This document shows, piece by piece, positions 15,336 to 30,325 of a stretch of DNA of 64,000 nt. Made by a program: the position numbers and the translations under genes. This DNA comes from Eledone cirrhosa (taxonomy: Eukaryota). Below the pieces are notes generated by a model. That model was not told the DNA's origin. It saw only the letters and a list, made by a program, of their open reading frames with translations, and ran no database searches. Position 1 is the stretch's first letter, and every line of letters starts with the position of its first letter. The DNA is taken from the NCBI GenBank assembly GCA_964016885.1, contig OZ024740.1:270010001-270074000 (forward strand), given 5' to 3'.

Positions 15336-17391
15336 TATATATATATATGTGTGTGTATGATGTGTGTGTGTGGATGTATGTATGTATATATACATTTGAA
15401 ATACGAAGATTGTATAGTTAGAAGAAAAACAGGGTCATTTTTACCACTATGAATATATTCGTTTTGTCTGTGTGTATGCGTGTCAGTGTGTGTCAGCGTG
15501 TGCTTGTGTGTGTGTTTGTATATGGGTGTATGTGTCAAACATATCGAAAGCAATTTCTCGTGAAATAGACTATCAGAACGAGATTTGTGTTGCTTTATGA
15601 TAACTCGGCAGCTTAATGTCTACTAATTACAGATATGTATCTCAAATACATAGGGGGGTGCAAATGTGCATATATAACATTCATACCTATCTAAAGAAGA
15701 TGAGAAATGTTAAGTAAAACTGTTGTGAAACAGAAAAAGAAAACGGTTACAATTTCCACTTTCTGGGAAGCTGTATCCAGCCATGTTATAATGGACACTC
15801 CCATTAACTAATATCATGATTACAGATCTACAGAGAACGAAATGTCTAGTGTTTCACGTAAAATTATTAGTAGATACCTGACGAAGACTAACTTCATCCT
15901 AAAATTGAAACTGTACCTGAGCACTGTCTATTAGTAATAATTAAATAATTAATTTAAAATAAATTACTTCTATCCAATAATAAAAAATAAAATGGGAATT
16001 AGGTAATTAATTGGCTTTTTATCTTTCCTCAGAGAACCAAACTAATTAAAAAACCGAAACATAAAATACATTCCCGTGACAGTATTTATTCTATTTCATC
16101 CTATTTTCAATGCTAATCTCCATAAAATAGAAATTTAGTTTCTTTTGATAACTGCTTGAGTTTGTGCTAAGATCTCACAGCTTAATCTATCAGAGCAGGG
16201 AAAGTCATATGCTGTTTGATAAAATATCAGGCATGCACAGGAAAAATAGTTTCTTTTTTATTTTATTAAAACTCTTTTTAATGGGTTTGTTTCTTTGAAA
16301 ATTCAGGTAGTGGTACAAACTTTCGTTAAATCTATTGCTGTTATTCCATCATGATAATTAAGGGATTCTTTCCTTAAAGTCAGTTTGATATGCTCCGTTG
16401 TGCATAACTAAATGGGTGATCCGTTTGGACTGCTCTCGTTTATCATAGCAGAATATTATAACAGACCATATTGATATTTTCAACCTTTGGCTACCTGTGT
16501 TTGACCTGACTATTTATCACTCGTCTATACAGGAGAATTTGTATAGCAAACTTGTGCTGAGGTAGACAAAATTTGCGATCCGATATCATTTTACAATGGA
16601 GAATGATGAATCAAACTCTCTTAACAATTTAACAGACGAATTTATTCATGAGGTAAGGCAATAATCGTATATTTAGAATAGTGAATGATTTTGATGTTAA
16701 CGTAAAGAATCATGTCTGCATTACCGAGGGACTACCGTTGAGGCATCCTCGTAGTGACATTTACCTCAAATTTTTGTATGCCTCAAAACAACCTCCATGA
16801 ATCGTTTCCTCTAATAAGTAAGCTGGTCTGTAGGTATACTGTAATCTAATCTATATTGCTGTGTGGAGAGGAACATTAAACTATTTATAAGTAGTTCTAG
16901 GTGTGTCGAGGCGTCAGAAACTGCCCCGCATGTGGCACAGACCGGATAGCTAGCAGCTCACATGGCTACTAAGGACTATCATATCTCTCTTAAAACACAT
17001 GCCGCATTAATACATACCACAATGAAATGGTATGTGAGAAAGACTGAAATAAGAGTGTAAACACTGAAAACTGGACAAACATTTTGAAAACTCTATTCCG
17101 CACTTGGGGTCATGGAGAAATATGGAAATTCTACAATTAATGAAGCAACTAAACCTGCAAGCATTTAGAACGTATGGGTAGTCTTATAAATTCTTATTCT
17201 TCCAAATATTAAGCATATTTGATGACTTAGACATTTGGTGTATTTTTACGCATTCTGAAATATATGTGTCAAAGCGCTTTCCATAATCAATAAGTCATCA
17301 AATATTACATATTTCACCAGAATAACAATCTAAGCTGCTTGAGCAGATTCTATCACAGGCAGGTGATTTTATATGTACATACATATATTTA

Positions 17392-17461
<70 letters not shown>

Positions 17462-17554
17462 TATAAATATATATGTATATATGAATATATATATATATAA
17501 TATCCATTTATATATATATATGCATATATATATATGCATATATATACATATATA

Positions 17555-17859
<305 letters not shown>

Positions 17860-17891
17860 CTCATTCATGTATACACACATTATACATATAG

Positions 17892-18075
17892 TTACAAACA
17901 AACCGAGAATTATAATGAATGTTCGGTAAACCCATGCGTATATATATGTGTGTGCATGTATGTATGTATATACATACTACTTTACGTCTGTATACATATA
18001 TGTATGCACGTATACATACTTATATTTAAGTATCAGCCGTACTAAGAGTGATCAATGAAATTTCATTTTTTTCCA
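17892..18075 (+). mobile_element. Partial copy of the 422-bp repeat (reverse orientation, HHR segment absent)
   Basis: TTACAAACAAACCGAG...CAGCCGTACTAAGAGTG...ATGAAATTTCATTTTTTTCC is the reverse complement of the first ~190 bp of the array unit. Confidence 0.7.
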
Positions 18076-18107
18076 TATATATATATATGTGTATATATAT
18101 ATATACA

Positions 18108-18139
<32 letters not shown>

Positions 18140-18824
18140 CACATGTGTGTGAGTATGTACAAAATCACAATGGTTTTCCGGTTTTCCTAGAAACAATTTT
18201 AAAACCTTTTATGAAATAGTGCTTTTTTTACAAAAACGGGCAATAGCCTAGTTTCGACATATTCAAATCATTTTATGCATCCACACCTAAGTACAGAAAG
18301 ATTTTCCAAGGATAGTTATTTAGGGTAATGATTTCTTCAACAATAAAGGAAGTATGCATTCACCGCAAGATAGAGAATAAATTTCAAATTTTATTCATAT
18401 ACATATTTATGAATATCTTCCAAGTTGTGAATCGAAATCCGATACTACTTGCAACTTATTACTCAATGATAACAGTTATTGAGACTAGGTCTCTGCAATC
18501 ATGGGATATATTTTCTTTGTATTTGTAAAAGCTCGACGTATATGCAATAATTTAGTATAAGCTAATGGTAAATAAACGTTATTTTATGGATGGAGGAAGC
18601 TTTGCAACAGTTCGGTGAGTCTCTTTTTTTATGCAAATCTCACCGCTATTTGGAGTTGCTTTTCTGTATGATAAAATATGTACCAATGATAGCATCACAA
18701 GGAAAGTCGAACAAATTCTTCTCTACAAATATGTATAATTTTGTCAGCATATTAAATCAATGCACTAGATGATAGTGAGATTGCAAGTATTTTGTATTTG
18801 TGCATATGTAATATATATATATGC

Positions 18825-19904
<1,080 letters not shown>

Positions 19905-20077
19905 TGGTTGACAATTATACTAATGTGCACAGACACACAGATATATTTTCCTTGGTAGGACAGTGTGGTTTTAGCTCAATGTAGGATAACAAGTATACTA
20001 CAGAGCCGTTATAAGTTTAGAAATAACCAAAGTGTACTAGAAATAACCAGAGTGCTTAGAAAAGCATTGTTTTATTT

Positions 20078-20122
20078 GCTAATAGTGTTTCATCCACACC
20101 CTAGGGCAGGAATCATCAGAGC
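20078..20122 (-). ncRNA. Degenerate hammerhead in a solo PLE pseudo-LTR (about 19900-20250)
   Basis: GCU-CUGAUGA-UUCCUGCCCUAGGGUGUGGAU-GAAA-CACUA-UU-AGC; resembles the HHR at 35911-35956; stem III mismatch. Confidence 0.5.
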
Positions 20123-20251
20123 CTATAAACAAAAGTATATCAAAGTATATCAAACGTATACCAAGCCAAGCGTTAATATCATCCACTACCTGGAATACCA
20201 TAACTGGACTTTACCTAAGTGGACTGCATTTAACTATTATTTGTTACCCCG

Positions 20252-20285
<34 letters not shown>

Positions 20286-20426
20286 ACCGAAGGTTAAACA
20301 AGGTTCATTGATTAACCACTGAATATAGTTTTACAATAGATTAGAAGCACTCAACAATGAAGTTTTCTGGAGTTATTAAGATTAATTCAAAATATTAATA
20401 ACTATAGACATTCATGTCATCAAATA

Positions 20427-20492
20427 TATTTTATTATATATATTTTAGAGGTACTGTGCTGTTTCCTCAGTACCTCTTCATCAGATAAAATA
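20427..20492 (-). ncRNA. Hammerhead ribozyme with core mutation (GAAA to AAAA), probably inactive
   Basis: UAUUUUAU-CUGAUGA-AGAGGUACUG..CAGUACCUCU-AAAA-UAUAUA-UA-AUAAAAUA. Confidence 0.6.
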
Positions 20493-21471
20493 AATTGATG
20501 TCTGACATACCCCAACTGTGCTGATGGTTCAATTCCAGTCTTGGCAGTGATTAGTTATGCCAAAAATCAATATTTATATACCATAAGCAGTAACATGACA
20601 AACTACATATAATTGAGAGAGTACGTAGGAAAATGTGTAGAGAAAAAAAATTTAAATAAATACATATATAGATAAGTAAAATACATAAACACATAAGTAC
20701 ATAACTGTTAAATGTTTAAATAATTAAATATGTAAATATCCGTATTAGAGGAAAAAAGCAAATCAGAGAGAGGGAGCTAAATAGAGGAGAAAAGGAAAAG
20801 ATAAAGAGATGAAGATAAAACGAAGAAAGGGAGATATAGATGGTATGAAATAATTACATAAGGAGAATAGAGGTATATGATGCGCGACCTTTTTTTTTTC
20901 AAATATTAAGTTAGGTAGAAACAGTCAACTAAATGATTATCCTTGAAAATATGTTATATTATCTTATATTACTTTATATTGTTTTAATTTTGATATAATA
21001 TAATAGTATAATTTCTTTCAAATATTATAGAGTATAAATGTTACCGTATTTAATTGAGCGTTTCTACCTAACTTAATATTTGAAAATAAAATCGGTCACG
21101 CATCATATACCTCTATTCTCCTTATGTAATTATTTAATACCATCTATATCTCCTTTTCTTCGTTTTTATCTTTTCCTTTTCTCCTCTATTTAGCTCTCTC
21201 TCTCTCTCATTTGTTTTTTTCTCTAATACGGATATTTACATATTTAATTATTTAAACATTTAACACTGATGTGTTTATGTATTTTACTTACCTATATATG
21301 TATTTATTTAATTTTATTTTTTTCTATACATTTTCCTACGCACTCTCTCAATTATATGTAGTTTGTCATGTTACTGCTTATGGTATATAAATATTGAGTT
21401 TTGTCATAACTAATCACTGCCAAGACTGGAATTGAACCATCAGCACAGTTGAGGTATGTCAGAGATCAATT

Positions 21472-21537
21472 TATTTTATCTGATGAGGACGTACTGAGGA
21501 AACAGCACAGTACCTCTGAAATATATATAATAAAATA
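21472..21537 (+). ncRNA. Minimal type I hammerhead ribozyme
   Basis: UAUUUUAU-CUGAUGA-GGACGUACUG AGGAAACAGCA CAGUACCUCU-GAAA-UAUAUA-UA-AUAAAAUA; perfect 8-bp stem I, palindromic stem III. Confidence 0.8.
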
Positions 21538-21578
21538 TATTTCATCACATGAATGTCTATATTTATTAATATTTTGAA

Positions 21579-21664
<86 letters not shown>

Positions 21665-21844
21665 CAAATATATATATTTATGTATATATATATATATATA
21701 CACATATATATATATATGATTTATTCATATATATATGTGTGTGTGTGTATATATGTGTGTGCGTGAGTGTGTGTGTGCATGTGTGTGTGTGTATACACAC
21801 GCACATATACATATATATATATATATGTATATGTGCGTGCGTAT

Positions 21845-23195
21845 ACCGGACTGATACGACCCTTCCGCAGGATAAATGAGAACCTTACCTATACCAATTT
21901 TAACTCAAACCACCCACTTTCCATGATCAAATCGGTTCCCCGTAGTATTTCTCTTAGAATCTCTCGCCTATCGTCTGACTATGAGATTTTCAGTGAACAT
22001 GCTGAATACTATAATAATGTATTAAGGAATGCCGACCACCGGGATACAATAGAATACATTGATAAGAATATCCATAACACACATAGCTCTACACGAAATC
22101 AAAGAATACGTCACCGGGGTACAGAAATACAAGCGCACACACGCAGTACCACCAGGCATACTAATAATAGAAAATCATCACCAAATAAATCACGTTGTAG
22201 AAAGTATATCTGGTATAATCCCATATTTAATGCTTCGATTAGTACAAAACTATCTCTTTCATTCTTTAAGTTAATCATCAAGCATTTCCCTAGTTCCCAT
22301 AAATACAGTAAAACTCTGAACTCTAAGAATATTAAGCTATGATACTCCACTGCACCAAACCTTGAAGCATACATAAAAACATAACTTAAAGCAATTAAAC
22401 AACACTACAAAACAAACTATTTTAATAACAGTTGAGCATAACGTAGTATCGGCCTCCCAACCACTAAATGGGAGACGGGTATTACACAACCCACCTGTAC
22501 TGCAATCCTAACCTATCCATGGTATACCCTCTGCCCACAATAAAAACAATAAAAACTGTAACTGCCACCTACCTGAAAGATGTCCATTGAAGTATAAATG
22601 CCTAAAGTCCAACATTGTTTATCAATGCACTGTTGAATCGAACGACCAGAAATGGTATTACATCGGGTCTACCACTACCTCTTTTAAATCTCGCTGGTAT
22701 CTTCATCGATTCTCAATTAAACATCCTAATCACCGTTTTGTGACCACGCTCGCCAACAAGACCTGGCAACTCCGTGAACGCAACCAACAGTTCACCTTGA
22801 AATGGGATATACTTTCCAGCGCTAGTGCATATCGGAGTGGATTGAAGTACTGCAGGTTATGTAATGTTGAACTATTTTACATCTTAAAATCCAAAAATAA
22901 ATTACTAAAGGACAGAATCGAACGATCATTATACTGCAAACACAAACTGAAGGCTAAATTCTCTCACTATAAAATAACTTAACATTCGAACCCGTAACTA
23001 TAACATTGCTTTCTAGCTAACTAGTTTCTCTCAATAACAACTTCTTAACTATATCCACCACACTGCAAGACAATACCCTGCTTATCACTATAAATTGATA
23101 CTTAGTGCAATTTATAGCCTACAACTATGAACTCAATGTACACCCATCCCATAGCTTTCGTCTGCCTCCTCTCTGTCTCTCCCTCTCTCTCCATT

Positions 23196-23237
<42 letters not shown>

Positions 23238-23500
23238 GCCCTCGGTCCACCTCCCTCCCTCTCCTATTCTTTCTCTCTTCTTTTTCTACTCTATCTTCCC
23301 CAATAATCTCACTTAAGGGTATTTACATTTTACATTTTAACCATTCTGCTCTGATGATACAGTGGTCACAGCATTTGATAATTGAGTTTTACAAATAGTT
23401 ATAAATTTGCACATAGCATAATTAGGCTGTATAACCACCGTGGAAACATTTGTAAGCTCACAGAATAAATTACCTTTTTATGATGTCTACCTGTTATTAT
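21845..23500 (+). mobile_element. 5'-truncated Naiad-like PLE relic (thumb, linker, GIY-YIG, 3' UTR/pLTR)
   Basis: YTNFNSNHP..ISLRISRLSS, WYNPIFN, KNCNCHLPERCPL, IVYQC..YYIGSTTTSFKSRWYLH, CRLCNVE; homologous to the 36-38.6 kb ORF; stops and frameshifts. Confidence 0.85.
23343..23466 (+). ncRNA. Hammerhead ribozyme with extended stem II
   Basis: AUUCUGCU-CUGAUGA-UACAGUGGUCACAGC...GCUGUAUAACCACCGUG-GAAA-CAUUUG-UA-AGC(UCAC)AGAAU; GUA cleavage triplet. Confidence 0.65.
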
Positions 23501-23559
23501 TTATATATATATATATATATATGAATAATAACAGGTATATATATATATTATTGTTATTA

Positions 23560-23637
<78 letters not shown>

Positions 23638-23704
23638 AAAAAACATCATAGGAGTAATTACGAAAGGTATTAGGTTCACGCTTATTGAAGGTGTGGGAGG
23701 GGGC

Positions 23705-23733
23705 GACGTTTCGGGCACAAGCCCTTCATCAGG
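23705..23733 (-). ncRNA. Hammerhead core remnant
   Basis: CUGAUGA-AGGGCUUGUGCCC-GAAA-CGUC core present, but stem I cannot be paired. Confidence 0.4.
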
Positions 23734-23839
23734 AGAGTGGTGGGAAGGAGAAGGAGGAGGAGGAGGAGCAGAAAAGAAATATAAATAACACATGAGTTGG
23801 AAAATAAAAGTTAAAAACAAGTGGTAAAAAGATGTGAAG

Positions 23840-23891
<52 letters not shown>

Positions 23892-24014
23892 GGAGGTGAG
23901 TTTTATTGTAGTACAATAAAGCAATGCAGATATCGGATAAGTAGCACTCTACAGTTTGTAGGACTGGAGTATAAATAATATATAAGATCAAAAGATGGTT
24001 AAAAGAGTTCCATG

Positions 24015-24085
24015 TATTTTATTATGCGCATTTCAAAAACAAATATCATCATGCGATGACATTTGCGTTTTCATCAGATAAAATA
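24015..24085 (-). ncRNA. Minimal type I hammerhead ribozyme
   Basis: Exact reverse complement of 25780-25850. Confidence 0.8.
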
Positions 24086-25779
24086 GGGAGACATGATATG
24101 AAAGTTAAAAAACACTCGTGAATAGTGCAGTTTTAAATCAACATATGAAAAGTAGTTTTAGATTGATGTGTGATATTGGGAAAAAAATGAGGGGGGGGGG
24201 AGGATGAAAAAGAGGAGGAAATAAGAGTAAAGAATAGCACCAATTCCTTTAACTATTTTGGCTCCTTTAAAGCTCGTCTTTACAATCGTCATTCGTCTTT
24301 TAAATACCAACTTAAAAGAACCAACACGTCACTCTTAGCACTCATATGGTCTTTGAAAGACAAAAATATTAACTATAACATCTCTTGGAGGAAGGTTTGT
24401 TCTGCCTCTCCATACTTGAATGCCTCTCTATCCAAGACATGTAATCTCTGTTTATGTGAGAAATTTACCATTATATCTAATTTAGATTCTATAATAAATA
24501 GACGCACTGACTTGTTTTCTCTCTGCTTGCATAAATTCCACAGAACATTCCATAAAGTATGCAGCTAATATCTAATACTTTACCAATTTAAAATCCTTTT
24601 TCTCAAAGGTACATATATATATATATTTCTTTAAAAATATACCCATCTTTCTACCTTATTTCAATGTTTTTATTATACATTATATAATACTAGTTACCCA
24701 TTCTATATCATTCACTTCCCTTTCTTCCTTTTTCCTTTTTTCTTTTAATTTCTAACCTCTAATCTGTACCTTTTCTTCCTAGATACTTCTCAATTCTCAT
24801 TATTACTCACCACAATATATCCACTCTTCCTTCTTCCATCCTATCACATATAACTTACTATTACCCTTTTAAATATTTATAGTATCACCTTGAAAAATCC
24901 TTCGCAAACATAAACATTTTTTGACGTTAGATTATTCATCCTCAATTCATTATTTTTTTCTCCCTTTCATGCTCGTCTAACTTACACATCACAACACATA
25001 AAAACAAAATTAAACCCTAACTAATCTCCTTTATTATATTATATTATTACCATTAGGAAATACTTCATAAACATACATATGTTGATGTTAAAGTCTTCTC
25101 CTTAAACACTATCTCCTTCTTTGCTTTCTGCACTCATTTGTAAACAAACTATTTATATATTACACATACATATTACTTTACATAAAAACATATTTAAACA
25201 TTAACTAATTCCTCTAAATTCATAATTCATCCACTCTTCTACTTCTTTTCACAATATATCCTTAATTACATTACTATTTTTATTTTTAATAATACATATC
25301 AACAATTTCTTTCCATCGCACATATTATTAAATCCTTCAATATTCAAACCTTAACTTAATATTATTCTTAATACATATTAACAATTTCTTTTCATCGCAC
25401 ATATTATTAAACCCTTCAATATACAAACCTTAATTTAACATTATTCTTAAATTTTTCTCTTCGTTAATTTTCAAATTCTTTTAATTTATATTTTATCTTC
25501 CAACGGTTTTTTAACCTCTCTCTGTAAAACAATATATTTTTCTCAGTTATAAAAGCTATCTCTCTCTCTCTATCACCCATCTCTCCTCCTACCTCATCCT
25601 TCCTTATTATACTCCTCCCCCTCCATTTTTTACTCTCATCTCCTCCTCTTTTTCATCCTTTCCAACCCGCCCCCTCATTTTTTTCCCAATATCACACATC
25701 AATCTAAAACTACTTTTCTTATGTTGATTTAAAACTGCACTATTCACAAGTGTTTTTTAACTTTCATATCATGTCTCCC

Positions 25780-25850
25780 TATTTTATCTGATGAAAACGC
25801 AAATGTCATCGCATGATGATATTTGTTTTTGAAATGCGCATAATAAAATA
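25780..25850 (+). ncRNA. Minimal type I hammerhead ribozyme
   Basis: UAUUUUAU-CUGAUGA-AAACGCAAAUGUCAUC GCAU GAUGAUAUUUGUUUUU-GAAA-UGCGCA-UA-AUAAAAUA; ~15-bp stem II, palindromic stem III. Confidence 0.8.
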
Positions 25851-26221
25851 CATGGAACTCTTTTAACCATCTTTTGATCTTATATATTATATATATATAT
25901 ATGTGTATATATATATGTATATATACTTACTGTGGTTGAACCCGGAATAAATGTTATATATATACATATAAAATAAAAAATACCTAGAAGAGAGCAATCG
26001 TGTGCGTTATACAGCCCATGGTGGTATGAATGAACCAAAAGACCGCTAAATACAGCAGCTCAGAACCATTCAACTTAAGAAGACCTACTTACATCTAGAA
26101 ATGAATTAGGAGCAATTATATTAAATTTAAAGTACGGAGTTAAAGATTCAGATTAATCCCCTTTAATGAACTCAAGGAATAGATTTCGGGCTCTTGATAA
26201 ACAGTATATATATATATATAT

Positions 26222-26383
26222 AACGGAGGATGTGTGGTAAGGAGCCAGATGGACCATAACGCACCAGAGTACTCGATACTTAGGGTAGTAGAGTGGGTAA
26301 TAGGAAAATATTTAGCCCCGGCGGCTATTTCTGGAAATAGCCGTCGAAACGGCTTGAGCTCTGCTGTCGGGGTTAAACATTTT

Positions 26384-26388
<5 letters not shown>
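26222..26388. mobile_element. Short fold-back element (same family as 17671-17859)
   Basis: Shared ATAACGCACCAGAGTACTCGATACTT.GGGTAGTAGAGTGGGTAATAGGAAAA leader; hairpin 26300-26388; (TA)n on both sides. Confidence 0.65.
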
Positions 26389-26431
<43 letters not shown>

Positions 26432-26438
<7 letters not shown>

Positions 26439-29400
26439 TGCAAACTCTGCCAAGAGTATAGCAATCGCTTGTCAGATTCAGATGTGGGACGCTCGGATAT
26501 GGCTTTTCAAGCCTGCTAGAGATTTGCACTCCTTCACACACTGATGACAACTATGGATCTCCCTGGCTTGAGGTCCCGCATCAGGTTGCCCGTGAACCCT
26601 CACAACACCGTGGATATCATAGTTCACGGGTTCTCTTCGAACATGGCTGCGACTGTGGTTCCTGAGACCAGTTTTGCTCAAGCAAATTTTTCCACACTCA
26701 GGTCACTTCAATTCAATGGAGACACTGATCGTTTCGAGAGATACACCAGGGCATTGCTTACGCACATCCCTTTTGATCTTCTCGTGCTCTATGCGTCTGT
26801 CCTCAAAATTATGGACCCCATCATTCACCATTCCACGCCAAGTTTCTCTTTCAAGAGCTTCTATCTCCCAGTCAGCCATCATCAAACCAGTTTTTTTCAA
26901 TGAGTCCTTTACACAATCCTTGAATCGGAATTTTGGTTTGTGAGGTTGTCTCTTACCCTCACAAAGCTCGCCACACAAGTGTTGTTTTGGGATTCGATCA
27001 TCCTCCATTCTGCAGAGGTGTCTGGTCCATCGCAAATGCCGTTGGTGGATGATACTCTCAATGCTCCGACACTCACTTCTCTCAAGGACCTCAACATCAC
27101 TCACATGCATGTGCCACTTGATACCAAGTATCTTTGTGAGACACTGCTAGTGAAACCGTTCTAGTCTGTGGATATGCTGTTTGTAGGCATCCCATTTCTC
27201 ACATGCATACAGCAAAGCTGACATTACACTTACAGCATACACTCTCACCTTGGTCACGTTGTCATTCCTCGCCTGCAACAAAGACGGTCGTCGAGCCTTC
27301 CAAATGACTCACTTGCCTTACTAACACGTTGACCAACCTCTGCATGCAGAGTGCAGGTCACACTCAGAGTACTCCCCAAATACACAAACATGTCAGCCGC
27401 CTTCAGCTTTTGACCGTATACGTGTATGGAGGGTTCATTGAAAACTTTATCCGGAGCAGATTTGTACATGACGACAGTCTTCTTCAAACTGATTGTCAGT
27501 CCCAAAGCACTGCACGCATTGGAAAAAGAATCCATAAGGTGTTGCATGTCACTCTGGGTGGGAGTGTGCAAAGAGATCACAATCATATGCATATAAAAAT
27601 TCTCTGATCAAGGGACTCAGTAACTTAGTGTTGGCAGTGAGACGCCTAAGGTTAAACAGCTTGCCGGAAGTGCGATATCTGAGATAGATACCGTGTTGAC
27701 AATCCTGGAAGGCCGTGAATAACACCATCGCGAAATATAAGGCAAACAAAGTTGGTGCAGGTATATCTTCCTGCTTGACACCATTTTCAACCGAGATTGG
27801 CTCAGACACTTTACCTCCAATATTCACCCATGCCTGCATGTCATCGTGGAAGAGTCTCAGAATGTTCACAAACTTTTCAGGACAGCCCAATCTCTCTAAA
27901 ATAAACCACAAAGCCTTCCAATTAACGGTGTCAAATGCCTTGGTCAGATCGACAAAAACTCGGTATAAGTCCATGCGCTGCTCAGTGCATTTCTCTTGAA
28001 GTTGTTTGGCCGAGAAGATCATGTCAACAGTGCCTCTGCCATTCCTAAAGCCATTTTGGGACTCAGGAAGTACCTCAACAGCAATGTGCTGTATCAATCT
28101 GTCCAACAATATCCTGCACAAGATCTTCCCAGCCACAGATAGCAGTGAAATACCTCTGTAGTTTCCACAGTCATCTTTGGCTCCCTTTCCTTTGTAAAGT
28201 ACCACCGTCAGTCCATCTTTCCAATCATGTGGCACATCTTCTTCATTCCAAACATACACAAAGAGATCAGTGAGGCGGTTTAAGAGGTTATCACCAGCAC
28301 ACTTGAAAATCTCGGCACTCAGTCCATCCATTCCAGGTGACTTGCCGCTGTTTAATTTGCCAATGGCCTTTGCCACCTCATCAAATGAAGGAGGATCAGC
28401 CATTGCCAGCTTTGTAGGTCTGGATGTAATCAACCGCATGAACTCATCATCAATTGCTGATGGTCTGTTGAGAAGCTTATCAGAGTGGTCATGCCACCTG
28501 ATCATGATTTTCTTCGGATCTCTGAGCAATTCCTTGCCGTCCCCGGAACGAAGTGGTGATATTTGTGAACTGGTCGGACCATACACCTCCTTGAGCAGAC
28601 TGTATAGGAGCTTTGTATCATGTCTATCTGAGGCTTTCTGGATTTTATCAGCCTTTTGGCTCCACCAGGTATCCTGCATGGCTCTCAATCGATGTTGCAC
28701 ACGTGCCTTGATCTGCCTGAAGGTCCGGTCACTCCTGTCAGAACGTGTGTCACAGAACAATGATGTCAGCACTTTTTGTTTCTCTTCAAGCAAGGTCTGG
28801 ATCAGTGGATCATTTTCATCGAGCCAGTCTTTATGCTTTCTATTCGTATGACCCAAAACTCCAGCACTAACATCATAGACGGTTTTCTTCAATGATTCCC
28901 AAGTGTTTTCACATTCCATTGACTCAAGGGACCTCGACAGCTCAGCTCTGACTTTCTCTATTTTCAGACGAGCCACGATTAGTTGTTTTGCAAGTGCAAC
29001 CTTCTTCCCCCTTACTTTAGGCCTCACAACAAATTGAAACTTGGCACGCACCAGACGATGATCAGTCCAACATTCCGCGCCTCGCAATACACGAACCAAT
29101 GTGATATCCCTGATATCACATTATTTCGTTAAAACGAAGTCAATAAGGTGCCACTTCTTGGAACGTGGATGCCTCCAAGTTGTCTTATATTTGTGTTTCT
29201 GCTGAAAGAGCGTGTTTCCAACAACAAGTTCCATCTCAGGGCACATCTGCAACAGAAGTAGGCCATTGTTATTGCGCTTACCTACTCCAGGCCTGCCCAT
29301 CACACTCCAAGCTTCTCAGTCATTACCAACACGTGCATTAAAATCACCAATGATGATAATCTTGTCTGCATAACGTATACCATGGATGACCTCTCTCAAA

Positions 29401-30325
29401 AACATGTAGAAACTTAGTTTTCCTCAACACTAGCACACACAGTAGGAGCGTACACACTGACCAGAGTCACAAAGCGGTTTTGAATCAGAAGGACTCTCAT
29501 GGAAATTATCCGATCATTGAATCCACAAGGAAGATTTTCCAGCTTTGACACGATTCCATTCCTGACTGCAAATACGACCCCAGCCTCTCTCCTACAACTC
29601 TCTTCTCCACCACTCCAATAGAAGGTATATCCTCCCTTCTGTTCTGTGAATTGACCCTCAGCTGCCAATCTCGTTTCTGAAAGAGCAACGATGTCTATGC
29701 TATAGCGATTTAAGTTCCCTCGACACCAAAGCAGATCTTCTTTCTTGGCGAGTTTTTACAGAACTGGGAATCCAGTAAAATTCTTACATTCCAACATCCA
29801 ATATTCAGAGGTTTGAACCTCCTTTCAATGTAGGATGACGACTGGGCCCACGCTGCGGTGCCATGGGACACCTGCCGGGCCAGACCCCATTACAATAAGT
29901 TTCAGAGCCCTTACGGCCATTGACTTCAAGGTTATCATCTGTCATCATATAGTTTGGTGCACTTTTAGGCTACGGCCAGCCACACAAACCTGTAACAGAT
30001 CCTTAACAAGCGATGCCTGTGCTTTGAAGGTTTTTTAAATTAGGGAAAGGCCTTGCACGCGACCAATCCCAGTCTCTGAGCATCGATATCACTACCCGAA
30101 AAGGAGAACTGGTCAACATCATCGGATGCTTCCAAAGCCGCAGGTTTTTTTTCAGAGTCTCCTTCTCCTAGAAAGGTGTTGTGACAACAACAGTGGGCCC
30201 TTCATTCCCAGGTAAGAAAAAAAAGTCCTATTTGGTTGGGTTGCCGGTTTAGTCGCCGATGACACGACCATGAGACAGGTAGTACTGGATTACATGTTAC
30301 CAGTAGCACTCGAGAGCAACCTGAC
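26432..30325 (-). mobile_element. RTE (BovB-like) LINE, full length, decayed
   Basis: APE-RT-zinc finger pseudo-ORF plus ~500-bp 5' UTR; both ends abut microsatellites. Confidence 0.85.
26478..29815 (-). pseudogene. RTE ORF (APE + RT + C-terminal C2H2), disrupted
   Basis: [127 protein letters not shown]. Confidence 0.9.

Larger units (their letters stand above)
20290..21583. mobile_element. Large non-coding fold-back PLE-derived element
   Basis: Arms about 20381-20935 and 21045-21583 are diverged reverse complements; HHR in each arm; tail 20290-20380 homologous to 3736-3800; bounded by (TA)n. Confidence 0.75.
23890..25890 (+). mobile_element. 5'-truncated Naiad-like PLE with inverted pseudo-LTR
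   Basis: EN C-terminus FKARLYNRHSSF..IWSLK..ISWRKV..CNLCLCEK..INRRTDLFSLCLH (24255-24568); 23975-24230 is inverted at about 25628-25890, each with an HHR. Confidence 0.8.

Noticed and set aside
15878-15916. CTGACGA...GAAACTGTA hammerhead-like spacing
   Set aside because: Neither stem I nor stem II pairs convincingly
22340-22342. In-frame TGA in a Naiad-like relic (KL*YST) as possible selenocysteine
   Set aside because: Aligns to Ser in the intact element, the relic has other disruptions, and no SECIS was recognised; the intact ORF has no internal TGA
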